Below, one piece after another: positions 17,453 through 25,088 of a DNA stretch of 29,660 nt. Under the pieces are notes generated by a model. The model had not been told where the DNA came from and did not search any database. It saw only the letters and a list, made by a program, of their open reading frames with translations. The DNA is from an uncultured Acidobacteriota bacterium. Its GTDB lineage: Bacteria > Actinomycetota > Acidimicrobiia > Spongiisociales > ZC4RG35. The position numbers and the translations under genes were made by a program. The stretch spans positions 1 through 29,660 of the forward strand of contig CAWHEU010000008.1 in assembly GCA_963828465.1 (NCBI GenBank), read 5' to 3'. How positions within the stretch are numbered: position 1 is the first letter of the stretch; each line of letters begins with the position of its first letter.

Positions 17453-17530
17453 GTGCACCCCAGTATGGGACATCTACACCTTCAGTCGGACAAGGAATAC
17501 GCCCCCTGCCCGATGACATGGCTCATCTCG

Positions 17531-17557
17531 CGATCAATTCTGACTCTGATTGCGGTC
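17531..17557 (+). promoter_or_regulatory. Candidate SigG-type ECF promoter CGATCA-N18-GTC for the FAD oxidoreductase
   Basis: CGATCAATTCTGACTCTGATTGCGGTC followed by TGAAT; it faces away from the sigma gene. Confidence 0.5.
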
Positions 17558-17613
17558 TGAATCGAAGGGGTAACCCCCACAGCTGTCCACTCTCGCCGCT
17601 GAGAGGAGTAATC

Positions 17614-18996
17614 ATGCAGAACCCATCCATCACTACAACGGAGTTGTCGATCTCCAAGCTGCGCGAGGTCCTCGACGGTGAGGTGATCACACCAGGAGAT
17701 GTTTCATACGACGAAGCGCGAGCGGTGTATTACGGCATCGATCGCAAGCCGGATGTGATCGTCCGTCCCGCCGACTCCAACGAAGTCGCGTACGTGGTGT
17801 CCGTTGCCCGTGATACCGGAACCGAGCTGGCAGTCCGCAGTGGGGGCCACAGCATCGCCGGCTACGGGAGCTCCGACGGTGGGATCGTCCTCGATCTGTC
17901 GGCGATGAAGCGGGTACATGTCGACACGAAACAGCTCACCGTTTGGGCCCAAGCAGGGTTGACCGCCAGTGAGTTGACGAGTGCCCTCGGCGAGCGTGGA
18001 CTCGCCGTGGGGTTCGGCGACAACGGTTCCGTCGGAATCGGCGGAATCACCCTCGGTGGTGGCGTCGGTTTTCTGTCCCGGAAGCATGGCCTCACGATCG
18101 ACTCACTCCTCGCCGCCGAGCTGGTCACAGCCGACGGGAAAGTCCTTCGTGTCGACGCCGAGAGCCACCCGGACCTCTTCTGGGCGATTCGCGGAGGGGG
18201 CGGAAACTTCGGCGTGGCGACCAGGTTCCAGTTCCGGCTCCACGAGGTGGACGAGATTCTGGGCGGGATGCTGATCCTTCCCGCCACAATGGACACCATT
18301 GCCGGCTTCGTCGAATTGGCCGCCGGGGCTCCGGAGGAGCTCTCCACGATCGCCAACGTGATGAAGGCGCCGCCGATGCCGTTTCTCCCCGAGGAGCTCC
18401 ACGGACAGGTGATTCTCTTCGGCCTGCTCGTCTATTCGGGCGACCTCGAGACCGGCGAGTCCGTCGTCGCTCCCTTCCGAGAACTGGCCACTCCCTTGCT
18501 CGACAAAGTCGAGCCAGGGCGCTATTCGGGCATCTATGAGGAAGAAGAAGAGGGTCCGCCGCCAGGGGTATTCGCCGTGCGCAACTTCTTCGTCGACGAT
18601 ATCGATCGTGCCGCCGCCGAGACGATCGTCGAGCAGGTCAACGCCTCGACCGCCTCGATGGCGGTGGCTCAGATCAGGGTCTTGGGCGGCGCCATTTCCC
18701 GGGTTCCCGACGAGGAAACGGCCTACGCCCACCGACGGCGGCCGATCATGCTCAACGTCGCGTCGATGTTCCAGCAGCCGGAGGAGGCTCAGACCCATGA
18801 GTCGTGGGTCGATGGTCTCGCCACGGCCCTTGGCGACGATGGCGAGGCTTATGTCAACTTCATCGGCGACGAGGGCGAAGAGCGAGTGAGGCAGGCGTAT
18901 CCGGGCCAGACCTGGGACCGGCTGCGGGAGGTCAAGCAACGGTACGACCCGATGAATCTGTTCCGGCTCAACCAAAACATCCCACCCGCAGAGTGA
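17614..18996 (+). CDS. FAD-binding oxidoreductase, berberine-bridge-enzyme/GlcD-like (FAD_binding_4 plus BBE)
   Basis: AVRSGGHS (covalent-FAD His position), GGITLGGG, DLFWAIRGGGGNFGV, YVNF...LREVKQRYDPMNLFRLNQNI; GAGAGGAG RBS before ATG 17614. Confidence 0.93.
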   Translation: MQNPSITTTELSISKLREVLDGEVITPGDVSYDEARAVYYGIDRKPDVIVRPADSNEVAYVVSVARDTGTELAVRSGGHSIAGYGSSDGGIVLDLSAMKRVHVDTKQLTVWAQAGLTASELTSALGERGLAVGFGDNGSVGIGGITLGGGVGFLSRKHGLTIDSLLAAELVTADGKVLRVDAESHPDLFWAIRGGGGNFGVATRFQFRLHEVDEILGGMLILPATMDTIAGFVELAAGAPEELSTIANVMKAPPMPFLPEELHGQVILFGLLVYSGDLETGESVVAPFRELATPLLDKVEPGRYSGIYEEEEEGPPPGVFAVRNFFVDDIDRAAAETIVEQVNASTASMAVAQIRVLGGAISRVPDEETAYAHRRRPIMLNVASMFQQPEEAQTHESWVDGLATALGDDGEAYVNFIGDEGEERVRQAYPGQTWDRLREVKQRYDPMNLFRLNQNIPPAE

Positions 18997-19041
18997 TGAG
19001 CTGCTCAGGGGCACCGGAGATTCGACCAGAGGTCAATCACC

Positions 19042-19068
19042 TGTAACCCGATTGCAAGGTCCCCGGTT
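19042..19068 (+). promoter_or_regulatory. Candidate ECF-type promoter TGTAAC-N18-GTT
   Basis: Same architecture as 11137-11163, and both begin TGYAACCCG. Confidence 0.4.
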
Positions 19069-19109
19069 TAACACCGTCGAGCCCTGTCCGAGAACCGAGG
19101 AGTTCGAAG

Positions 19110-19463
19110 ATGAAAACCTCGATCGTCATCACAATCGTTGTAAGTCTGTTCATCGGAGCCGGCTCAGCCATCGCCGCGACCCGCCTCCTACCCGCCTCAC
19201 AAACCGGCAACGACTGGTTCGCCGCCAGCTATGCCAACGGGCCGGGCGCCGCCTCGAGCCGGAGCGACCTGGCGGCGGGTGGAGAGACCCTGTCGCCTTC
19301 CCTCGACTATCTACAGCCGTCTCTCGTGCCCCTCGGGTCCGAAACCCACTCCGGAGAAGACGTGGGGATCTACGCGTCGGGACCGCAGGCGCATCTTTTC
19401 CACGGAGTGGTGGAACAGAACTACATCGGGCACGTGATCATCCAGGCGTTGCGGATCAAATGA
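19110..19463 (+). pseudogene. Alkaline phosphatase remnant: signal peptide fused in frame to the C-terminal ~80 aa
   Basis: SYANGPG...DYLQPSLVPLGSETHSGEDVGIYASGPQAHLFHGVVEQNYIGHV is the alkaline phosphatase C-terminus. The N-terminal GDG, catalytic DSA and central metal motifs are absent. GAGGAG RBS is intact. Confidence 0.85.
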
Positions 19464-19496
19464 TCAGGTTCGAGTGCGTCGAGGGACCGGGCACCG

Positions 19497-20249
19497 TCAC
19501 GAAGTGTTGCCGTGGAGACCGATGAACTCGAGCACCCGGCTCCAGGCGTCGGCCGACTCCCTGGCGAATTTCTCATGCTGCCGGTCGAAGAAGGAGTGAG
19601 GCGCATCGGAATAGACGACCACCTCGTTCTCCACGCCCGCATTGTCCATCGCCTGCCTGAACCCCTCGACCACCTCGTTCGGGATCCCGGGGTCATCTCC
19701 ACCCATCAAAGCCAGGATGGGGCAGGCGAAATCGCTCACCTCTTCCATGGGCCCCTTCGGTGGGCGCAAAGGGTTCCCGTAGAAACCGATGGCGCCGGCG
19801 AGGCCGTGCCCGGCTGCGGCCTGATGCCAGGAGTTGGACCCTCCAAAGCAGAAGCCGAGGGTGAAGATCGACCGTGTCGGATCGGAGTCACGGAGGTGGG
19901 CCACGGCGGCTGTGGTGTCGGCGGTGACACCTTTCAGAGTGGTCCGAGGGACATGCTCTTTGTAGGCGAATTCATCGTTCCTCTTGCCTACACCGGCAGT
20001 CCGTCCGAAGTAGTCGATCGCCACCGCGTCATAGCCATGCTCGGCGAGGCGGAGGGCCAATTCCTCGTAGAAATGGTGCAAACCACGCACGTCGGGGAGG
20101 ATGACCACGCCTGGGCCTTTGCCCTCGGCGCTGGTGGCCGAGAAGGCGGCGAACCGATTCCCGTCGACGGAAGCCAGCACGATGTCGCTGCCCGAGGCAC
20201 CACCCTCGATGGGATCCACTGGCGGTAGGGCATCACCGTTGTAACACAT
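19497..20249 (-). CDS. Dienelactone hydrolase family protein (intact Cys nucleophile)
   Basis: GVVILPDVRGL, GFCFGG, GGDD, APHSFF. Start ATG 20249 lies 7 nt after a TAGTTT -10. Confidence 0.92.
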   Translation of the reverse strand: MCYNGDALPPVDPIEGGASGSDIVLASVDGNRFAAFSATSAEGKGPGVVILPDVRGLHHFYEELALRLAEHGYDAVAIDYFGRTAGVGKRNDEFAYKEHVPRTTLKGVTADTTAAVAHLRDSDPTRSIFTLGFCFGGSNSWHQAAAGHGLAGAIGFYGNPLRPPKGPMEEVSDFACPILALMGGDDPGIPNEVVEGFRQAMDNAGVENEVVVYSDAPHSFFDRQHEKFARESADAWSRVLEFIGLHGNTS

Positions 20250-20256
20250 AGGCACG

Positions 20257-20262
20257 AAACTA
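20257..20262 (-). promoter_or_regulatory. -10 element TAGTTT, probable leaderless start of the dienelactone hydrolase
   Basis: TANNNT 7 nt upstream of ATG 20249 with no RBS, in a 20-bp divergent intergenic gap. Confidence 0.5.
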
Positions 20263-20269
20263 CCTGACG

Positions 20270-21388
20270 ATGCCCGAGCCGACCTCCAAGATCGCCCTTA
20301 CCTGGGACCAGGCACTCGCCTGGCGGCTGGGCCAGCAACTCCTCGATTCGCCCGGGACCGACCCGGTGCGGGTCATCTCGAAGATAGGCGGCGTCCAGAC
20401 GCAGGTTGCCTCCTCTGCCACGCAGGCAGTCGCCATCAGGAGCAAGCGTCTTCCCGATATCGACAATCTCTTGTGGGAGAAGCGACGCCTCGTGAAGACC
20501 TGGGCGATGAGGGGGACGCTCCATCTACTGCCCGCATCGGAGATTGGCATATGGATTGCCGCTCTTCGCCAGCGGCCGTGGAAGATCACACCGGCCTGGG
20601 AGAAGTATCACGGGATAAAGGAGTCTCAACTCGACTCCCTGACCGAGGCGATCCCAGATGTGATATCCGAAGAGCCGATGACACGTGAGGAGCTGACCTC
20701 GGCCATCGTGGCAAAGACACGTGATCGCGGGCTGGGTGAGGCCCTTTCATCCGGCTGGAGCCAGGTGCTGAAGCCTGCGGCCAATCGGGGTCTGCTCGCC
20801 CAGGGACCGCCTCGTGGGCGCAATGTCACCTTCGTCGATCCCGGCGCCTGGCTGGGGAACGCAATCACAGAGCCATCAGCCGAGGAGGCGATGCGGGTCG
20901 TGGTCGAGCGGTTTCTCGATGCAAACGGCCCGGCCACGATCAGCGACTTTGCCAGATGGTTCGGAGTCGACCCGAAGACCGGCCGGGAGCTGATGACTCC
21001 CGTTCTCGAGAACCAGGTCCCGGTGGAGATCGGGCGATACCAGGGGTGGCTGACCAAAGCGGGCGCCAAGGCGGCAGCAAAGACCGAACCAGCAAAAAGT
21101 GCCCATCTCCTCCCGGGGTTCGACCCCTTCACCCTGGCCCCGCTCAGCCATCGCGAGCACATCATCCCCAAAGGCAAGGTCGAGAAGGTATCCAAGGCGG
21201 CGGGCTGGATTGCTCCGGTGATCCTGGAGAATGGGCGGATCGTCGGGACCTGGGAGACCGACGACGGGAGCATCGCTCTCCAACCCTTCGGGAAGCTGCC
21301 TAGAAAGACGATTTCGGCCTTGAAGAATCACGTCGAGCAGCGATATCACAGTCTTCTGGGCAAATCGATTGCCGTAACGGTCCCGTGA
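20270..21388 (+). CDS. AlkZ/YcaQ-like (HTH_42) winged-helix DNA glycosylase family protein
   Basis: GVQTQ (QxQ motif), KTWAMRGTLHLL, NGPATISDFARWFG, LLPGFDPFTL, GRIVGTW. Confidence 0.88.
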   Translation: MPEPTSKIALTWDQALAWRLGQQLLDSPGTDPVRVISKIGGVQTQVASSATQAVAIRSKRLPDIDNLLWEKRRLVKTWAMRGTLHLLPASEIGIWIAALRQRPWKITPAWEKYHGIKESQLDSLTEAIPDVISEEPMTREELTSAIVAKTRDRGLGEALSSGWSQVLKPAANRGLLAQGPPRGRNVTFVDPGAWLGNAITEPSAEEAMRVVVERFLDANGPATISDFARWFGVDPKTGRELMTPVLENQVPVEIGRYQGWLTKAGAKAAAKTEPAKSAHLLPGFDPFTLAPLSHREHIIPKGKVEKVSKAAGWIAPVILENGRIVGTWETDDGSIALQPFGKLPRKTISALKNHVEQRYHSLLGKSIAVTVP

Positions 21389-21419
21389 CGAGCCCGAGCC
21401 ATGATTTCGTGGATGGACG

Positions 21420-22622
21420 ATGACTGACTGGGGCCGGCGGCGGCTGGCCTGGGTCCTCTGGGTAGTGACGATCCTCGCCTACGTGGTCGAGGTGGCCCTG
21501 CTGTTCGCCAACGCAGACCTCCCCGTCGTCGATCCGATCGACGCAGCGAACCCCTGGCTCCAAGCCATGGAGGACCTCGCTTTCGTGGCGATAGCCACAC
21601 TCGGACTGCGTCTTCTGCTTTCCCAGCCGAGGAATGGGTTTTGCTGGTGGGTCCTCTTGGCCGGTCTCTCCTTTCCGGTGGAGGGCCTCGCTTCCGAGTT
21701 CGCTCGCTTTGGGATGGACCGCTGGGGTGCAATCCCGATCGTGGCTCTTGTCGGTTGGATGTCGCTGTGGTTGTGGATACCGGGCTCATTCAGCATCCCA
21801 TTCCTGTTGCTGCTCTATCCGGATGGGCATCTGCCCTCGGCTCGCTGGCGACCGGCACTCTGGTTCACCAATGCCGCGGTGGTCGCCACGTTCTTGGCCT
21901 CCGCTTTCCTGGTCGAGCTGGAGCCGCTCGTCGGAGTGCCACCCAACCCTCTGGGCATTCCCGCCTTGAGTCAGTTCATCAATGCGGTGTTCCAGTTTGT
22001 GGTTGTCCCCGGACTATTGATTGCGATCGTCCTCGGCCTGCTCTCGCTGGTAGCGCGGTATCGCCGGGGAGAAGGCGTCGAGCGGCAGCAGGTCAAGGTC
22101 CTGTTATGGGTGGGGGTGGTCGCGGTGATCTTCTTCTCCGTGGATACCCAGGGCTGGGGCCCGATCTGGCTCGGTTCCATCCTCAATTTCGTGTTCAGCC
22201 TCTTTGTCGGCGCCGCGGTGACCCTGGCCATCCTCCGCTTCCGGCTGTTCGAGATCGACCGTCTCATCAGTCGAACCGTCACCTATGCAGTCCTGGCCGG
22301 CGCCCTGGCCCTTGTATATGGGGTGGGGGCGGTGTGGCTTCCCTCTCGCATCGTCGGTGAGCAGACCCCACTCTTCGTCGCCGGATCGACGCTTGCAGTC
22401 GCGGCCCTGTTCAACCCTTTGCGACGAAGGGTCATGCGTTGGGTCGATCGGAGATTCAACCGCTCGTCGTATGACGCCGAACTGATCGCAGAGGGATTCG
22501 CCGCCCGGTTGAGGGATCAGGTTGACGCCGACCGTCTCGCCGACGACTGGGCGACGGTGGTGAACAAGACCCTGCAGCCATCGGCTGTCGGAGTATGGGT
22601 TCGCGAGAAGGCCGCCCGATGA
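21420..22622 (+). CDS. Multi-pass membrane protein resembling a histidine kinase input domain, with no kinase domain (paralogue 1)
   Basis: About 9-10 TM segments, LYPDGHLPSARWR, ERQQVK, AILRFRLFEIDRLISRT, VDRRFNRSSYDA...LRDQVD...TLQP...VW. Confidence 0.8.
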   Translation: MTDWGRRRLAWVLWVVTILAYVVEVALLFANADLPVVDPIDAANPWLQAMEDLAFVAIATLGLRLLLSQPRNGFCWWVLLAGLSFPVEGLASEFARFGMDRWGAIPIVALVGWMSLWLWIPGSFSIPFLLLLYPDGHLPSARWRPALWFTNAAVVATFLASAFLVELEPLVGVPPNPLGIPALSQFINAVFQFVVVPGLLIAIVLGLLSLVARYRRGEGVERQQVKVLLWVGVVAVIFFSVDTQGWGPIWLGSILNFVFSLFVGAAVTLAILRFRLFEIDRLISRTVTYAVLAGALALVYGVGAVWLPSRIVGEQTPLFVAGSTLAVAALFNPLRRRVMRWVDRRFNRSSYDAELIAEGFAARLRDQVDADRLADDWATVVNKTLQPSAVGVWVREKAAR

Positions 22623-23773
22623 GGTGGCGACGTTGGCTCGGCGTCGCCATAGGCCTGGTGTCATTGGCCATGTTCGTCTACATGTCGGTGCAGAATTCGG
22701 AAGAGCCGATCCTCTTGGTTGACATCCTGGGACTGCTTGCCTTCACATCGCCCGCCGTTGTCGGCGCCTACCTGGCGTGGCGAGTGCCGGGCAACCCGGT
22801 TGGTCTGATCCTGGCCGGATTCGGCCTGACTTTCACGTTGGGTGTCCTTGGCGAATCGTTGGCGGCAACGGAGAGCCCGTTGACCAGCTGGGGGGTCTGG
22901 TTCGGCACCTGGCAATGGGCATTGAGCATGGGCCTGATCCTGGTCCAACTCCCGCTCAGATTCCCCGATGGCAAGCTGCTCTCCACCCGATACCGATGGG
23001 TGACGCCGGTGATGTTTGCCGGTCTCGCCATGCTGATCTTCGGCAACGCCTTCTGGGAGTCGACGCTCGTCACGGTGGGCGACACCCAGTTCGACATCGC
23101 CCTTCCGCTGGGTCTGCCTGTGCCCGCGGAGGTTTTCGACACGGTTTCCCTCCTCGGGCTGACGCTCATGCTGGCGGCGGTCGGGGGGGCGGTGGTGAGC
23201 GCCATCATGCGGTTTCGACGATCAACAGGCATCGAGCGTCAACAGATGAAGGTGTTCGCCGGCGCCCTCTCGATCTCCGTCGTCGGGATGGCACTCAATC
23301 TCATTCTCTATGAACTCGGCAACGAGCAGGCTGCCAACGCCTTGTTCGCGATCTGGGTCCTGGTCCTGGTCTTCTCCATCGCGGTGGCGGTGCTGCGTTA
23401 CCGGCTTTACGACTTCGATCGCATCGTCAGCAGGACCGTCTCTTACGCCCTCCTGGTCCTGATCCTCGGAGCCGTTTACGTGGCTGGGGCCGTCTGGCTG
23501 CCGACCCGCATCGTCGGCGAGCAATCGCCCCTGTTCGTCGCCGGGTCGACCCTGGCGGTGGCGGCACTGTTCACACCCGTCCGTAGGAGAGTGATGACCT
23601 GGGTGGACCGGCGGTTCTATCGCTCCCGATACCAACTGGAGCAGGTGATGGATGCGTTCTCATCTCATCTTCAGGATCAGGTCGACCCGGATCGAATGGC
23701 ATCGGACTGGGTGAACCTCGTGTCCGACACGCTCCAGCCGACCACGGCTGGGGTGTGGGTCAGGGGAGCCTGA
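22619..23773 (+). CDS. Multi-pass membrane protein, paralogue 2 of the same family
   Basis: FPDGKLLSTRYR, ERQQMK, AVLRYRLYDFDRIVSRT, VDRRFYRSRY...LQDQVD...TLQP...VW. ATGA overlap with paralogue 1. Confidence 0.8.
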   Translation: MRWRRWLGVAIGLVSLAMFVYMSVQNSEEPILLVDILGLLAFTSPAVVGAYLAWRVPGNPVGLILAGFGLTFTLGVLGESLAATESPLTSWGVWFGTWQWALSMGLILVQLPLRFPDGKLLSTRYRWVTPVMFAGLAMLIFGNAFWESTLVTVGDTQFDIALPLGLPVPAEVFDTVSLLGLTLMLAAVGGAVVSAIMRFRRSTGIERQQMKVFAGALSISVVGMALNLILYELGNEQAANALFAIWVLVLVFSIAVAVLRYRLYDFDRIVSRTVSYALLVLILGAVYVAGAVWLPTRIVGEQSPLFVAGSTLAVAALFTPVRRRVMTWVDRRFYRSRYQLEQVMDAFSSHLQDQVDPDRMASDWVNLVSDTLQPTTAGVWVRGA

Positions 23774-23789
23774 CTGGTCGGGAGATCTT

Positions 23790-23838
23790 TTCAGCTCTCG
23801 TTCACCCGGGCGAAACGAGACGGTCACCAAAGGTTCAA
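23790..23838 (+). promoter_or_regulatory. Five half-sites at 11-bp period (OmpR-family, GlnR/PhoP-like boxes)
   Basis: TTCAG-n6-TTCAC-n6-GAAAC-n6-GTCAC-n6-TTCAA; a TAACGT -10 follows at 23880-23885. Confidence 0.5.
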
Positions 23839-23889
23839 CATCCCCGGGAAATACCCCCGCGTCTCGATCGGTTGGGTTCTAACGTGCTC

Positions 23890-23935
23890 AGGCGGTTGCG
23901 GACATTGCGGACCGAAGCTGTCCGCATTACTGCCT
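23890..23935 (+). other. Long stem-loop, candidate small RNA or structured leader
   Basis: AGGCGGT-TGCGGACA (23890-23904) pairs with TGTCCGCA-tt-ACTGCCT (23919-23935), with one G-U pair and a 2-nt bulge. Confidence 0.45.
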
Positions 23936-23974
23936 AGAGTCGAGAAGGTCCACCCCCAACGAGGCGTGGTTCCA

Positions 23975-24015
23975 ATCGTCCTCAGGGCCGATCGGGATTA
24001 GTCCTCCGGACCGAT
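23975..24015. promoter_or_regulatory. Pair of 18-bp boxes at 23-bp period, candidate NarL/LuxR operator
   Basis: ATCGTCCTCAGGGCCGAT and TTAGTCCTCCGGACCGAT share a 13/15 direct repeat. The layout matches 27995-28035. Confidence 0.45.
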
Positions 24016-24038
24016 GAGTTTCGGCGGCGACGCCGGTC
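24012..24038 (+). promoter_or_regulatory. Candidate SigG-type ECF promoter CGATGA-N18-GTC for the ABC operon
   Basis: CGATGAGTTTCGGCGGCGACGCCGGTC followed by TGATT. It shares GATGAGTTTC with the 16226 site and CGGTCTGA with the 17531 site. Confidence 0.6.
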
Positions 24039-24076
24039 TGATTGTCAGAAGATCTCGACAGGAAGAGGAGAAACCT

Positions 24077-25088
24077 ATGACCAACATGATCGAGGCATCG
24101 GGTCTGGTCAAGCGGTACAAGGAAGTCACCGCCCTGGCCGGTCTCGACCTCGTCGTCCCCGAGGGAGTCGTGCTTGGCCTTCTCGGGCCTAACGGCGCCG
24201 GCAAGACGACCGCAGTGTCGATCCTGTCCACCCTGCTCGAGCCAGACGAGGGTCAGGCGATGGTCGCCGGGGCCGACGTCAGGAAAGACCCCAAAGCGGT
24301 ACGCCGGCTCATCGGCCTCTCCGGCCAGTACGCCGCGGTCGACGAGCACCTCACCGGGTTCGAGAACCTGGACATGATCGGGCGTCTCTATCACCTCGGG
24401 AAGGCCAGGTCGGCGCGAGCGCGCCCGGGAGCTGCTCGAGATATTCGACCTCACCGAAGCCGGCGACCGGCCGGTGAAGACCTACTCCGGCGGGATGCGA
24501 CGCCGACTCGACCTGGCCGGCGCGTTGGTCGCCAAGCCACCCGTGCTGTTCCTCGACGAGCCCTCGTCGGGTCTCGACCCGCGGAGCCGGGTAGATCTGT
24601 GGGACACGATCCGGGACTTGGTCAGGGAGGGGGCGACCCTTCTCTTGACCACCCAGTACCTGGAAGAGGCCGACCAGCTTGCCGATGACATCGTGGTCAT
24701 CGATCACGGGCACGAGATCGCCCATGGCTCCGCGGACGAGCTCAAGACTCAAGTCGGTGGGGAGCGGATCGAGGTCACGGTGGCTGATCTGGTGCACGTG
24801 ACAGCGGCTCAGGAAGTCCTGGCGTCGTTCGCCGTCGGTGAGATCCGTATCGATCACCACAGTCGAGGGCTAACCGCCCCCATAGCCGGCGGGGCGCCAG
24901 TCCTCACTCAGGCGCTACGGGAGCTCGATGCGCGCGGCATCGTCGTTCAGGACGTTGGCCTGCGCCGACCGACACTCGACGACGTGTTCCTGACCCTGAC
25001 CGGTCATGTTGCCGAGGAAGAGATCGAGTCCAACGGCGGTAGATCGAAGAAGCAACCGGATGAAGAGCTCGAGGAGGTCAGCCGATGA
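24077..25088 (+). pseudogene. DrrA-type ABC ATP-binding protein split by a 1-bp insertion near 24412-24416 (real or sequencing error)
   Basis: Walker A GPNGAGKT is in one frame; YSGGMRRRLDLA, LFLDEP and LTTQYLEEAD are in the next. Removing one base restores ...RARELLEIFDLTEAGDRPVKTYSGG and a 336-aa protein. GAGGAG RBS upstream. Confidence 0.92.

Noticed and set aside
20240-20266. TGTAAC upstream of the AlkZ-like gene as a target of the Ogt-linked sigma
   Set aside because: There is no GTT at the 18-nt spacing (CTG instead), so co-regulation is not supported by the sequence.
23755-23937. 60-aa ORF or leader peptide (…LRRLRTLRTEAVRITA) across the hairpin
   Set aside because: It has no convincing RBS, overlaps the upstream gene and the predicted -10, and shows no amino-acid bias typical of attenuators.
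23774-24076. A known riboswitch or tRNA in the long intergenic region
   Set aside because: I could not match the conserved core of any riboswitch I know, and there is no cloverleaf or T-loop. It is kept only as an unclassified hairpin.
17055-24416. Programmed ribosomal frameshifting at the two AGGTCGGCG sites
   Set aside because: The codon phase differs at the two sites and there is no slippery run. The same 9-mer also occurs at 8349 and 16937 with no frame disruption there.
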